A stretch of 64,000 bases of DNA, from the NCBI GenBank assembly GCA_033762915.1, contig JANRLD010000042.1, positions 203,184-267,183 on the forward strand, read 5' to 3'. This stretch comes from Meiothermus sp. GTDB lineage: Bacteria > Deinococcota > Deinococci > Deinococcales > Thermaceae. A program made the translations under genes and the position numbers. The notes under the pieces are model-generated. The model saw only the letters and a program-made list of their open reading frames with translations, was not told the origin of the DNA and did not search any database. Positions 40,002 through 49,356 of the stretch are shown in pieces; positions within the stretch are counted from its first letter, which is position 1; every line of letters starts with the position of its first letter.

Positions 40002-42632
40002 TTAGCTCACCCGCACGATCTTCGCCACCGACGGCACGCCCTGGTCGTCAATCAGGAAGAGCATGTAGAAGCCCGGCGGGGCCACGTTGCGGCCGCCGCC
40101 CGTGGCCGGCGAGCCGTACTCGCTGTCGTAGGGGGCACGCACCTCGAGGCTCCCCCCGCTGGCCGTAAAGTCCAGGCTGAGGAAGCGCTGGTTCTGGTTG
40201 AAGGCGTGGGTGGGGACGCCCAGCGCGACCAGCGTGACTTTGCGGATGCTGCGGGCGGCGTCGGGGTGCTGCCAGCTCACATTAAAGCGGCTGTTATAGG
40301 CGACCGTGGTGTAGGCGTCGGGGCTGGGGGCAGTGTTGCTCAGGCCGCCGATGATAGGGCGCGGGGCCGGGCTGCCGTCGGGCGAGAAGAGGTAGGCAGG
40401 GTAGTAGATCTCGTGGTTCTTCTGGTTGATCTTTTCGGGCTGGCCGTAGGCGCTGCCGTAGAGTTTTCTGTCCTCCTCGCTGTTGCCGGTCTCGATGTTG
40501 CCGGCGCACAGCCCGCAACCGCCGCCCGCCGCCGTGAGCACCGTGGCGTCGGGCAGCAGCATGGCGACGGAGTGGTACATGCGCGGCTTCTGGGCGCGGG
40601 GGCCGGGGGCGAAGCTGGGGTTGCCGGGCGTCCAGATTTCGCTGCCGAACACTGCCAGGTCGGGGTTCCAGACCGTGGCCGGGTTGACCGACTTGGGCCA
40701 CCACTCGGCAGACTGGGCGGGGGTCATGGGGGTGGCGGGCACCGCGCCGGGGTTTTCGCCGCCGTCCTGCTGGCCGCCGTTGACGAAGACTTTGCCGTCG
40801 GCCAGCAGGGTGGCGTTGAGGTGGGTGCGGCTGTAGGCCATCTGCGGCCCGACGCTCAAGGTGGGGGGAGTGCTCGAGCTGTTCCCCAGGGTCATGTGGA
40901 GGGTGGTCTTGCCGTTGACCCGGTTGTTGAGTGCCACGATGGTGCGCTGGGCCGGGGTGCCGCCCCACTGGTCGGCGGCGTAGCCCCCGCCAATCACCAG
41001 CACCTTGCCTGGCTCGTACATCACCGAGGTGCCGTAGACGCGGTGGGCGTCGTAGGGGATGCCCAGGCTGGTGGACTCCCAGGGGCCGTACCAGCGGTCG
41101 CCGTTCACGTCGAGGTAGGCCTTCTGCTTGCCGGCCCCGGTCAGCACCACGGTGCCGTTGGGGGCCACATGGAACCAGGGGTAGTAGTGCTCGAAGCTGG
41201 CGATGGCCGAGGCGTTGGAGTCGAGCATGCTGAGTTCGCCCGACGTCGCGTCGTAGACCTCGAAGCTGTTGTTGTAGGCGGTGCCGAGGTTGTTGGTGTT
41301 GATGCCGCGCTCGAGCCTGCCCGCGACCCCGTTGGCCAGCCCGACCGGGCACCTGCCGCTCTTGGTGCGGCAGGGGTTGGTCTCGGAGCTGACGGAGCCC
41401 TCGGTGAAGGCCCCGGCGGGCATCGGCATGGCGGTTCCCCCGGTGATCAAAACTTTGCCGTCGGGCAGCTTGGTCAGGGTGGGGTACCAGCGGTCGCGCC
41501 ACATGTCGGGGGCCCTGGGGGCGGGGCCCGCCAGCCAGGAGCTGGTGGTCGGGTCGAAGAGGTTGGTGTGGATGCTGCCCCACTGCAAACCGATGCCGCC
41601 GCCGGCCGTGAAGAAACGTCCGTCGGTGAGCACCGTGAAGCCCGCGCAAAACAGGTCGGTGCCCTTGGTCGCGCCCGAGCGGTTCATGTTGCTGCCGTTG
41701 CCAAAGCTGGCATCTTCAAAACTATTGCTGGCGGGGTTCCAGATGGCGACCTGGGTGCCGTCTTCAGACTTGGGAGCATTCTGGCGCAGGCTGATGTCGT
41801 GTACGTCGGTGCGCTCGCGGTAGCGCCCGATGTCGTCGGAGGCGTACCAGCCGATCACCTTGCCGTTGGGCAGCAGGGCCGAGAAGGTGGGTACCACCGG
41901 CCAGTTGGGGAAGACGGGGCCGAAGCAGCCTTTGGTCGAAGCCTCACCCGCCGGGCTGGCGCAGGCCGCCGCGACCGGCACCTCGTTGGTGATCACGAAG
42001 CCGCTGCTGCCCGAGGCATTGGTGGCCCGCAGACGGTAGCTGTAGGTCAGGCCGCCCGGTACGTTGGTGTCGGTGTACTCCAGCGCGGTCAAGTTCACGG
42101 AGTTGCCGAAGGCCCCCTGGGCGGTGCGGCGCTCGAGGACATAGCCACTGGCCCCAGCGGCCGCCTGCCAAACTACCTTCACGCCGCCGGAGACTGCGTA
42201 GGCCATCGCGTTCTGCGGCACCCCGGGCGCCCCAGGGTCGGGGCTGGGGGTGCTGCCCTTGGCCCCGATCGGCACCCGCTTGTCCGCCGACCAGTTGGAG
42301 GGGCCGCTGCCGAGGTTGGCCTTCACGCGGTAGTAGTAGACCGTGTTGTACGCGCCGCTGGTGTCGGTATAGGCGGCCTGGCCGGGGCGGGCCAACTCGG
42401 CGAAGTCCCCGCCTTCGGCCTTGCGCTGGAGGATGTAGTTGGTGGCCCCGCTGATGGCGTTCCAGTTGAGGTTCACGCTGGGAACCGGGCCGCTGGTGTC
42501 TACCATGACGGTCAGGTTGGAGACTTCGGAGGGGGTGACGGGCTGTGGGCAGGCGGTGAGCAGCAGCAGTAGGGGCAAGGCCAGTATTCCCAGCTTGAGC
42601 TTCGGGTTCGGCATAGCGGCGGTTCCTTTCAT
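40002..42632 (-). CDS. Lipoprotein: Fn3 domains + galactose-oxidase-like (AA5) copper radical oxidase
   Basis: LTAC lipobox; two Fn3-like repeats; LFCAG, RWYPT, RMYHS and THAF.QNQR metal/radical motifs; PPGFYMLF C-terminus. Confidence 0.88.
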   Translation of the reverse strand: MKGTAAMPNPKLKLGILALPLLLLLTACPQPVTPSEVSNLTVMVDTSGPVPSVNLNWNAISGATNYILQRKAEGGDFAELARPGQAAYTDTSGAYNTVYYYRVKANLGSGPSNWSADKRVPIGAKGSTPSPDPGAPGVPQNAMAYAVSGGVKVVWQAAAGASGYVLERRTAQGAFGNSVNLTALEYTDTNVPGGLTYSYRLRATNASGSSGFVITNEVPVAAACASPAGEASTKGCFGPVFPNWPVVPTFSALLPNGKVIGWYASDDIGRYRERTDVHDISLRQNAPKSEDGTQVAIWNPASNSFEDASFGNGSNMNRSGATKGTDLFCAGFTVLTDGRFFTAGGGIGLQWGSIHTNLFDPTTSSWLAGPAPRAPDMWRDRWYPTLTKLPDGKVLITGGTAMPMPAGAFTEGSVSSETNPCRTKSGRCPVGLANGVAGRLERGINTNNLGTAYNNSFEVYDATSGELSMLDSNASAIASFEHYYPWFHVAPNGTVVLTGAGKQKAYLDVNGDRWYGPWESTSLGIPYDAHRVYGTSVMYEPGKVLVIGGGYAADQWGGTPAQRTIVALNNRVNGKTTLHMTLGNSSSTPPTLSVGPQMAYSRTHLNATLLADGKVFVNGGQQDGGENPGAVPATPMTPAQSAEWWPKSVNPATVWNPDLAVFGSEIWTPGNPSFAPGPRAQKPRMYHSVAMLLPDATVLTAAGGGCGLCAGNIETGNSEEDRKLYGSAYGQPEKINQKNHEIYYPAYLFSPDGSPAPRPIIGGLSNTAPSPDAYTTVAYNSRFNVSWQHPDAARSIRKVTLVALGVPTHAFNQNQRFLSLDFTASGGSLEVRAPYDSEYGSPATGGGRNVAPPGFYMLFLIDDQGVPSVAKIVRVS

Positions 42633-43027
42633 GGCACCTCGAGGTCGGGCGGCGGGAGGGTATAAAAGTCCCTAAGGTACTGCGGAAGAATTCCGTCTCC
42701 CACGCTAAAGGGTAGCCAGAAGTCAACTTACAGATGTCCCGAAAACGCGGCCCTGACGTAATGTTTAGCGTTAACTGCTGGTGACCTTAAGGAACGCCTC
42801 GAGCCTGGCGGGCCGCCGAACAGCGGTTGCCTGAGTGGCCGACGCAACAGGCTCGAGTGACCTGGAACGTATTCACCCGCCCAAAACCCGTGACAGTATC
42901 TCCATAGTGGAATTGCAGCATCCGCACCCGCCGATGGATCGGCAATTGCGCCCACAAGCCGCTCGCTGATGAGGCTTTGCTGAAGTCCTGCAGTCTCACT
43001 ATGGCGCAACTACACCGCAGACCCGCC

Positions 43028-44587
43028 TTAGCGCACCTGGTAAATCCCCACCGTCTTCCCGCCCAGATCGACCGCCACGCTTCCATTCCGAACCCGAAGC
43101 GACGGCGGTGCACCCTCGCCCAGCAGCTCGGCCAGTTGGGCGCCGTCGCTCAGGGCGTCGCGGTCGGCCTCGCTCAGATCGGGGTTGGCTTTCAGGGGAA
43201 TGGCGATGCCTCCAGAGCGGAGGGTTCCGTTGTTGATCACTACCAGCAGACGGCTATCTCCCGAGGAGCGCAGAAAGGCGTAGACGTTGGGGTTGGGGTC
43301 GGAGTTGTGCCGCCACAACTCCACGTAGGCCCCCTCGTAGAGCGCGGGGCTGGCCCGGCGTAGCCCGATCAGCTTCTGCACAAAGCGGAAGGTGCGTCCG
43401 GGGTTGGGCAGGGCTTGGCCCGGATACACCCCGTTGCGCGTTGCCGCGCGCCAAGCCCAGCCCGGCATGTCGCGGCGGTTGTCTGGGTCGGGGCCGCCGT
43501 ACATGGCCAGCTCGTTGCCGTAGTAGAGCTGGGGAATCCCTGGCAGGGTGAAGAGGGCCGCCAGCGCCAGGTGATAGCGGCGGCGGATTTCGTCCTCGGG
43601 CACGCCCAGGCCCGGCTCATTGACGAAGCGGGGCACGTCGTGGTTGTCGAGCAGGCTGGTTAGCATCAGGTGGCGCTCGAGGCCCAGAATCCCCAGGTCC
43701 TGCCGGACCCTTTCGGCCACCAGATCCACCGAGCCGCCCTTGGCAAACGCCCCCACCAGTGCCCGGCGCAGCGGGAAGTTGAAGGCCGAGTCGAAGCCCG
43801 CCTCGAGGTAGGGCTTAAGGTCTTGGGCCGACTCCTCGCGAAAGACCTCGGCCACCTTGAAGAGGCCGGGGCTGGCCTGGTTAATGGCGGGAACCCAGCC
43901 GTCCTGCCAGTAGGCCAGCGGGACGTGCTTGGCGGTGTCCATGCGGATGCCATCGAGGGCCAAACGCCGCGCCCAGCCCTGGCTGAGCCGGCTGAGGTAC
44001 TGCGCGGCCTCGGGCGCCGACTGGTTGAAATCGGGCAGGCCTGCCAGCGGGCAGTTGACCTCGGGCTCGCCCAGGTTCAAGCAGCCGGGCGAGCGGTGGA
44101 ACCAGTCGGGCCTTTGTGCGGTGATGCGCGCCCCGTAGCCGGCGTGGTTCACCACCATGTCGAGGATGAAGCGGATGTTGCTGCTTTTCAGGTCGCGGAT
44201 CAGGGCGCTGAGGTCGGCAGCACTGCCGAGCTTGGGCTCGAGCGCCCCGTCGTCGGGCAGGCGGAAGTCGGGCCAGTAGCCGTGGTAGCCGCAGGAGCCC
44301 TCGAGGCGGGGGATCTGCCGGTAGGCGGGCGTCACCCACAGCGCGGTTGCGCCCAACTCGCGCAGGTAGCCGACGCGCTGGCGCAGACCGGCCCAGTCGC
44401 CGCCGTGGAACTTGGTGGGGCTGCGCGGGTCGAAGCAGTCGGCGTAGCCCGCCCGGTCGTTGGCGGGGTTGCCGTTGTGAAAGCGGTCGGGCATCACCAG
44501 GTAGATGACTTGCTGTCGCCAGACGGCCTGATTGACCTGCGCGGAGGCGAAACTGAGCAAAGCCAGGAGCCATATCAGCGTTCGCAT
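43028..44587 (-). CDS. Secreted GH13 alpha-amylase family protein
   Basis: DRF.NG, YHGYW, DMVVNH, GIRMDTAKH, AEVF and LDNHD motifs. Confidence 0.92.
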   Translation of the reverse strand: MRTLIWLLALLSFASAQVNQAVWRQQVIYLVMPDRFHNGNPANDRAGYADCFDPRSPTKFHGGDWAGLRQRVGYLRELGATALWVTPAYRQIPRLEGSCGYHGYWPDFRLPDDGALEPKLGSAADLSALIRDLKSSNIRFILDMVVNHAGYGARITAQRPDWFHRSPGCLNLGEPEVNCPLAGLPDFNQSAPEAAQYLSRLSQGWARRLALDGIRMDTAKHVPLAYWQDGWVPAINQASPGLFKVAEVFREESAQDLKPYLEAGFDSAFNFPLRRALVGAFAKGGSVDLVAERVRQDLGILGLERHLMLTSLLDNHDVPRFVNEPGLGVPEDEIRRRYHLALAALFTLPGIPQLYYGNELAMYGGPDPDNRRDMPGWAWRAATRNGVYPGQALPNPGRTFRFVQKLIGLRRASPALYEGAYVELWRHNSDPNPNVYAFLRSSGDSRLLVVINNGTLRSGGIAIPLKANPDLSEADRDALSDGAQLAELLGEGAPPSLRVRNGSVAVDLGGKTVGIYQVR

Positions 44588-44634
44588 GACCCCACGATAC
44601 TGCGCGGGGTAAAAGACAAGCCAAAGGCGATCTC

Positions 44635-44689
44635 AGAGCGGTTCCCACGCATACTCCCTCGCGAGAGAGGTAATGGTGGGAAACACGAT
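44635..44689. repeat. Short MITE-like copy D
   Basis: AGAGCGGTTCCCACGCATACTCCC...GTGGGAAACACGAT. Confidence 0.7.
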
Positions 44690-44713
44690 CAGGCGCGAAG
44701 CACCCGCAACCCC

Positions 44714-44755
44714 TTGACTTATATCTTATCTGCATATATGCTATATGTAGATAAG
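44714..44755 (+). promoter_or_regulatory. Sigma70-type promoter with overlapping palindromic operator
   Basis: TTGACT-17 bp-TATGCT; palindrome CTTATCTGCATATA-TGC-TATATGTAGATAAG at 44725-44755. Confidence 0.75.
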
Positions 44756-44767
44756 GAGGAGTTGTCC

Positions 44768-45249
44768 GTGCCCATCTACTTCTACTCAGCCAAAGAACAG
44801 CCCTACGGTTGCTTCTCTAACTTCTCTGCGCACGGGTTTGAGCTGGATGGCCTCTTCTGGCGCACCAGCGAAGGGGCTTGTGCCCCCCGGCAACGCCGGT
44901 ACTCAAGCGAACACTACTTCCAGGCCCAGAAGTTCGCGGGCCACCTGAGCATGTGAAGGCCATCCGCCTTATGCCAAGCCCCAAACAAGCCGCCAATGCC
45001 GGCCGCTCGCGCCAGCGCCCCCTGCGCCCCGACTGGGAAGCCGTCAAGGATGAGATCATGCGTAAAGCCGTGCTTAAAAAGTTCCAGACCCACCAGAGTA
45101 TCCGCGAAACGCTGCTGGCTACCGGGGATGAGGAACTCATAGAGAAAACCACGGGCGACTATTACTGGGGCTGCGGTGCCAACGGCACAGGCAAGAACAT
45201 GCTCGGCATCATCCTGATGGAGACCCGCTCCCTCCTCGCCCCGACCTAG
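44768..45249 (+). pseudogene. NADAR (YbiA/RibX-like) family gene with a frameshift near 44944 and a 39-bp in-frame insertion
   Basis: FSNF...EHYFQAQKF in one frame; DWE.VK...KF...LL.TG...YWG.G..G.G.NMLG..LM in the next frame; AGGAGG RBS. Confidence 0.85.
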
Positions 45250-45320
45250 CCGCCCGCGCCGACGTCCCTTCGACCCGCAACCCTCCGACCTCGGCCATTA
45301 AAGCATCCCAAGGAGGCCCC

Positions 45321-46706
45321 ATGTTCAACGCCAAAAACCTTATCCTAAACGTGGACTCGTACAAGGCCAGTCACTGGCGGCAGTACCCCAAGGACATGAC
45401 CTTCGGCTCGTGGTACATCGAGAGCCGGGGCGGCGACTCCAACTTCGTGCGATTCTTCGGGCTGCAGGCCTTCTTGATGGAGTACCTGAGTAAGGGTGTG
45501 ACGGAGGCCGACGTGGAAGAGGCCCAGACCTTTTTCGCCGCCCACGGCGTGCCCTTCCCTTACGAGGACTGGATGTACATCGCCCGCGACCTGGGGGGCA
45601 AGCTGCCGGTGCGCGTCCGGGCGGTGCCGGAGGGTTCGGTGATCCCCGTCCACAACCCGCTGGTGATTGTCGAGTCCACCGACCCGCGCCTGCCCTGGCT
45701 GCCGGGCTGGCTCGAGACCGCCCTGCTCCGCGCGGTCTGGTATCCCACCACGGTCTGCACGGTGAGCTGGGAAATCCGGGGCATCATCCAGGCCGCCCTC
45801 GAGAAGACCGCCGACGACCCCGACAGCGAACTGCCCTTCAAGCTGCACGACTTCGGCGCGCGCGGGGTGAGCAGCCTCGAGAGTGCCGGGCTGGGCGGGA
45901 TGGCCCACCTGGTCAACTTCATGGGCTCCGACACCGTGACCGGGGTGCTGTTCGCCCGCAACTACTACGGCGCCGAGATGGCCGCCTATTCCATCCCCGC
46001 GATGGAACACTCTACCGTCACCAGCTTCGGGCGCGAGGGCGAGCGGCGGGCCTACGCGCAGATGATCGACGCCTACGGCAAGCCAGGCAAAATCTTCGCG
46101 ATGGTCATAGACTCCTACAACCGCGAGCACGCGGTGAGCCAGATTATTGGGCAGGAGCTGCGCGGGGCCATCGTCGCCTCCGGCGCGACCGCGGTGATCC
46201 GGCCCGACTCCGGCGACCCGCCCTTCGTGGTGCTGCGCACTGTGCAGCAGCTCGAGGCCAAGTTCGGCGCGACCGTCAACGCCAAGGGCTTCAAGGTGCT
46301 AAAGCATGTGCGGGTGATCCAGGGCGACGGCATCAACGCCGCCAGCATCCGCAAGATTTTGTTTTTGCTCGAGCAGTGGGGCTACAGCGCCTCCAACGTG
46401 GCCTTCGGGATGGGGGGTGCCTTACTTCAAGCGCCGGGCCGCGACACCCAGAAGTTTGCCCAGAAGCTGCACCTGGTTTCGGTAGACGGCTTCACTTACG
46501 GCGTGAGCAAAAGCCCCATCGACGACGTGGGCAAGACCAGCAAGAAAGGGCGCCTGGACGTGATTAAGGACGAGCGCGGTGTAAGGACGGTTGAACTCGA
46601 GGCCGACGAAAACGCCCACCACCCGCAGAGCATTCTGCACACCGTGTTCGAGAATGGAGAAGTCCTCAAGCGATACACCTGGGAAGAGGTTCGGGGAAAC
46701 GGTTGA
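45321..46706 (+). CDS. nadV: Nicotinamide phosphoribosyltransferase (NAMPT)
   Basis: DSYKASH, LHDFGARG, PAMEHS, IRPDSG, IQGDG and FGMGG motifs. Confidence 0.92.
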   Translation: MFNAKNLILNVDSYKASHWRQYPKDMTFGSWYIESRGGDSNFVRFFGLQAFLMEYLSKGVTEADVEEAQTFFAAHGVPFPYEDWMYIARDLGGKLPVRVRAVPEGSVIPVHNPLVIVESTDPRLPWLPGWLETALLRAVWYPTTVCTVSWEIRGIIQAALEKTADDPDSELPFKLHDFGARGVSSLESAGLGGMAHLVNFMGSDTVTGVLFARNYYGAEMAAYSIPAMEHSTVTSFGREGERRAYAQMIDAYGKPGKIFAMVIDSYNREHAVSQIIGQELRGAIVASGATAVIRPDSGDPPFVVLRTVQQLEAKFGATVNAKGFKVLKHVRVIQGDGINAASIRKILFLLEQWGYSASNVAFGMGGALLQAPGRDTQKFAQKLHLVSVDGFTYGVSKSPIDDVGKTSKKGRLDVIKDERGVRTVELEADENAHHPQSILHTVFENGEVLKRYTWEEVRGNG

Positions 46707-46734
46707 GACGTAGGTAGGCAAGGGAGGTTCACAT

Positions 46735-47721
46735 ATGACTCAAATTGGAGCAGAAATTATTGCGAGAGAAATGTTCGGTGACGGCGGAGTTGCTTACCTT
46801 TCTACACGACTTCAAGATCGACTTGAGCCTTACAAAATTGGTATTCGTGTGAACAGTCTCATCGGTGAAGATTTCATAGCCATTAGAGGTCAAGGAAAGA
46901 CTTGGGATGAAGCAGTTGCCAGAGCAAAGGAACAGGTCAAAGATCAACAACCATCAACATACCTACAAGATTCTAGAATGAAAGTGCCACCCAAGAAGAA
47001 AAAGATTCGTCGCTATATAACCCTTGAAAAATACTCTAGGCTCATTGAAACAAACTCTTTGTGGTTTGCACGGGCAGATACTTTGGGAGATCCTTACGAG
47101 GGTTCTTTGCCACTGGAAAACTTACTCAAGCGTCCTACTGAATATGAGCAGCAAGTACGATTTTTCAAGAGTATTGGAATTTCAGTAAAAAGAAGCCTTT
47201 TCGAGTATTATCTGGCTGTTTCAGAATCGTTTGCAAAAGCTCGCCTCAATATGTTTATTAGCTGTTGGCAAGTTAGCGATTATGAATCAGAGAGCATGTG
47301 GAAAGCATATACCCCAGGTGATCAGGGAGTATGTATTGAATCAGATTTCCTGTCACTAAAAGCCTCCTTAATTTCAAAGTTCTATCCTCCGATTTCAGCA
47401 GGCTTAGTAAAATACGTTGATTTCGAAACAGAAGAAATTGATTCCAACAATCCTCATAGTGTCGTATCAACAAAGCGAAAGGAATTCGAATCAGATAAAG
47501 AATTGAGAGCTATTCTTTTTCAACCCCAATTCGGTAATAAATCTCCTTTCGAGATTCCGAGGGGAATTCAAGTCACGGTAGATACAAGAAAATTGATTCA
47601 TAGAGTGATTGTTAATCCTTATGCAAACGAATCTACCTTAAATACCCTCAAACAAATCTGTGAGAAGCATGGCCTTACAGCACCCGTTCAATCTAAACTC
47701 TCCAACCCCGTTCGTTTTTAG
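46735..47721 (+). CDS. DUF2971-like protein, low GC
   Basis: RY......L.....LWF......DP.EG, FISCW...ES..MW..Y....GVCI and KR.EF...ELR motifs; strongly AT-rich. Confidence 0.7.
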   Translation: MTQIGAEIIAREMFGDGGVAYLSTRLQDRLEPYKIGIRVNSLIGEDFIAIRGQGKTWDEAVARAKEQVKDQQPSTYLQDSRMKVPPKKKKIRRYITLEKYSRLIETNSLWFARADTLGDPYEGSLPLENLLKRPTEYEQQVRFFKSIGISVKRSLFEYYLAVSESFAKARLNMFISCWQVSDYESESMWKAYTPGDQGVCIESDFLSLKASLISKFYPPISAGLVKYVDFETEEIDSNNPHSVVSTKRKEFESDKELRAILFQPQFGNKSPFEIPRGIQVTVDTRKLIHRVIVNPYANESTLNTLKQICEKHGLTAPVQSKLSNPVRF

Positions 47722-47729
47722 GCAACAGT

Positions 47730-48275
47730 ATGACCCCCGAACAAACCAAACGAATCTCCAAACGCCTCTCGCTGCACCTGCGGCACGAGCCAGAGGGGTT
47801 GGGCCTGACGCTGCAAGAGGGCGGCTGGGTGGAAGTCGAAACCCTCCTAACCCACTTCAGCCGCAGATACGGAAAACTCACTAGGGCCGAACTCGAGGAG
47901 GTCGTTCGCGATAACGACAAGCAGCGCTTCAGCTTCGACCAAGGCGGCAGCCGAATCCGGGCCAACCAGGGCCACAGCGTGGAAGTAGACCTACAGCTTC
48001 AGCCCCAAACCCCGCCCGAGTTCCTCTACCACGGCACCAACGCCGGCGCCCTGCAAACCGTGCTGGCCGAGGGCCTCAAGAAGATGTCCCGCCACCACGT
48101 CCATCTCTCGCCCGACCGGCAAACCGCCACCAAGGTCGGTAGCCGCCGTGGCAAGCCGGTGCTGCTGAGCGTGCGCTCGGGCGATATGGCTCGAGCAGGT
48201 CATCTCTTCTACTGCTCCGAAAACGGCGTGTGGCTGACCGACTGGGTGCCGGCGGAGTACCTCGAGGCCCTGTGA
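47730..48275 (+). CDS. kptA: RNA 2'-phosphotransferase (Tpt1/KptA)
   Basis: LRH.P, DKQRF, IRANQGHS, YHGT, RHHVHLS and NGVWL motifs. Confidence 0.96.
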   Translation: MTPEQTKRISKRLSLHLRHEPEGLGLTLQEGGWVEVETLLTHFSRRYGKLTRAELEEVVRDNDKQRFSFDQGGSRIRANQGHSVEVDLQLQPQTPPEFLYHGTNAGALQTVLAEGLKKMSRHHVHLSPDRQTATKVGSRRGKPVLLSVRSGDMARAGHLFYCSENGVWLTDWVPAEYLEAL

Positions 48276-48592
48276 ACGCGGTCATCCTCAACGAGGGGCT
48301 GCACCTGGCGATGGCCTGGGGTGAGGACTGGCTCAAGCCCATTCAGGCGCGTCTGGCCAAGCTGCACCCCGAGTTGAGCGCGGAGGAACTCGAGGCCTAC
48401 AACACGGTCTGCCAAGAAGCCATGCGCTTGGGCTGTGAACAGGCCAAGCGCTATACCGCAATCGCAACAGCGGAGGAACACACCACCAACCTCGAGTCGT
48501 TCAAATCCCAGATACGCCAGCACCACCCCTGGGCCAGCGACGACAACCTCAGCCGTTTGTTCTCGCAGGGCATCTACTACGCCCTGAAGTGA
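48272..48592 (+). CDS. Conserved-looking hypothetical protein, paralogue of 52198-52533
   Basis: GTGA overlap with the kptA stop; similarity to the second copy. Confidence 0.75.
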   Translation: MNAVILNEGLHLAMAWGEDWLKPIQARLAKLHPELSAEELEAYNTVCQEAMRLGCEQAKRYTAIATAEEHTTNLESFKSQIRQHHPWASDDNLSRLFSQGIYYALK

Positions 48593-48602
48593 GGAGCCGC
48601 CC

Positions 48603-49214
48603 ATGAACCTATTCGGTGTAGGAGTGCCCCAAGCCGTGCTTGACTGGACGGGTTCGCTCTGCGTGGTCGTGTCGCTAATCTTCTTGTTTCGCAAGCAACT
48701 GGCTTACTGGCACTGGTCGAACGCCTCGCTGCTGCCGCTGTTCTTGCTGTTCTTGTCCGGTGGGCAGTGGATGCTGGCGGGCTTGCAAGTGACCTACCTC
48801 ATCTTTGGGGTTCACGGGCTGTATTTGTGGTACTTGGAACAGCGCCGCGACCGGGGCGAAATCCGCTTCAAGGAGCCGCTGTGGTACAGCGTGACCTGGG
48901 TGGCCAGTGTGCTGATTTTTGCCTACACGGTCTACGTTACCGACTTCTCCAACCTCTGGAACTGGGTGCAGTTTGCGGCGGTCTCGCTGGCTTTGGTGGC
49001 CAACTTTGCCACCACCCGCAAGTGGAGCTGGAGCTGGTACGTGTGGTTTGGGGTCAACGTGGTGAATGCGGTGTATTTCTACAACGCGGAGATTTGGGGG
49101 CAGTTCTACTTGCAGTTCGTGCTGGCGGCCATGAGCGTGTATGGGCTGCTCGAGTGGCAGAAGCAGGAGAGGACCGAGGGCAGAGGACAGAGGACGGTGT
49201 TTTATAGAGAATAG
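48603..49214 (+). CDS. pnuC: Nicotinamide riboside transporter PnuC
   Basis: Hydrophobic; Q..Y......G.Y.W and W..W...N motifs; adjacent to a NadR-like gene. Confidence 0.85.
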   Translation: MNLFGVGVPQAVLDWTGSLCVVVSLIFLFRKQLAYWHWSNASLLPLFLLFLSGGQWMLAGLQVTYLIFGVHGLYLWYLEQRRDRGEIRFKEPLWYSVTWVASVLIFAYTVYVTDFSNLWNWVQFAAVSLALVANFATTRKWSWSWYVWFGVNVVNAVYFYNAEIWGQFYLQFVLAAMSVYGLLEWQKQERTEGRGQRTVFYRE

Positions 49215-49261
49215 AGATGGGGGGTGAGGCAAGAGGAAAGAAAAAGCCAGGAAACCGCAAA

Positions 49262-49292
49262 CGTAGGGATGTAGGGCTGTACGTCCCAACAT
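49262..49292. repeat. REP-like imperfect palindrome
   Basis: GTAGGGATGTA...TACGTCCCAAC; related to 57910-57941. Confidence 0.5.
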
Positions 49293-49356
49293 GGTGAGTG
49301 GCTAACCTGGGATCGAATGCTCTACGGTTTTGCAGTACGTACTTAACGAGGAACCC

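Noticed and set aside
39720..42572. 950-aa plus-strand ORF (likewise 33415-35190, 35455-37152, 54860-56836, 58381-60120, 25489-26964)
   Set aside because: Antisense shadows of well-supported genes; no motifs
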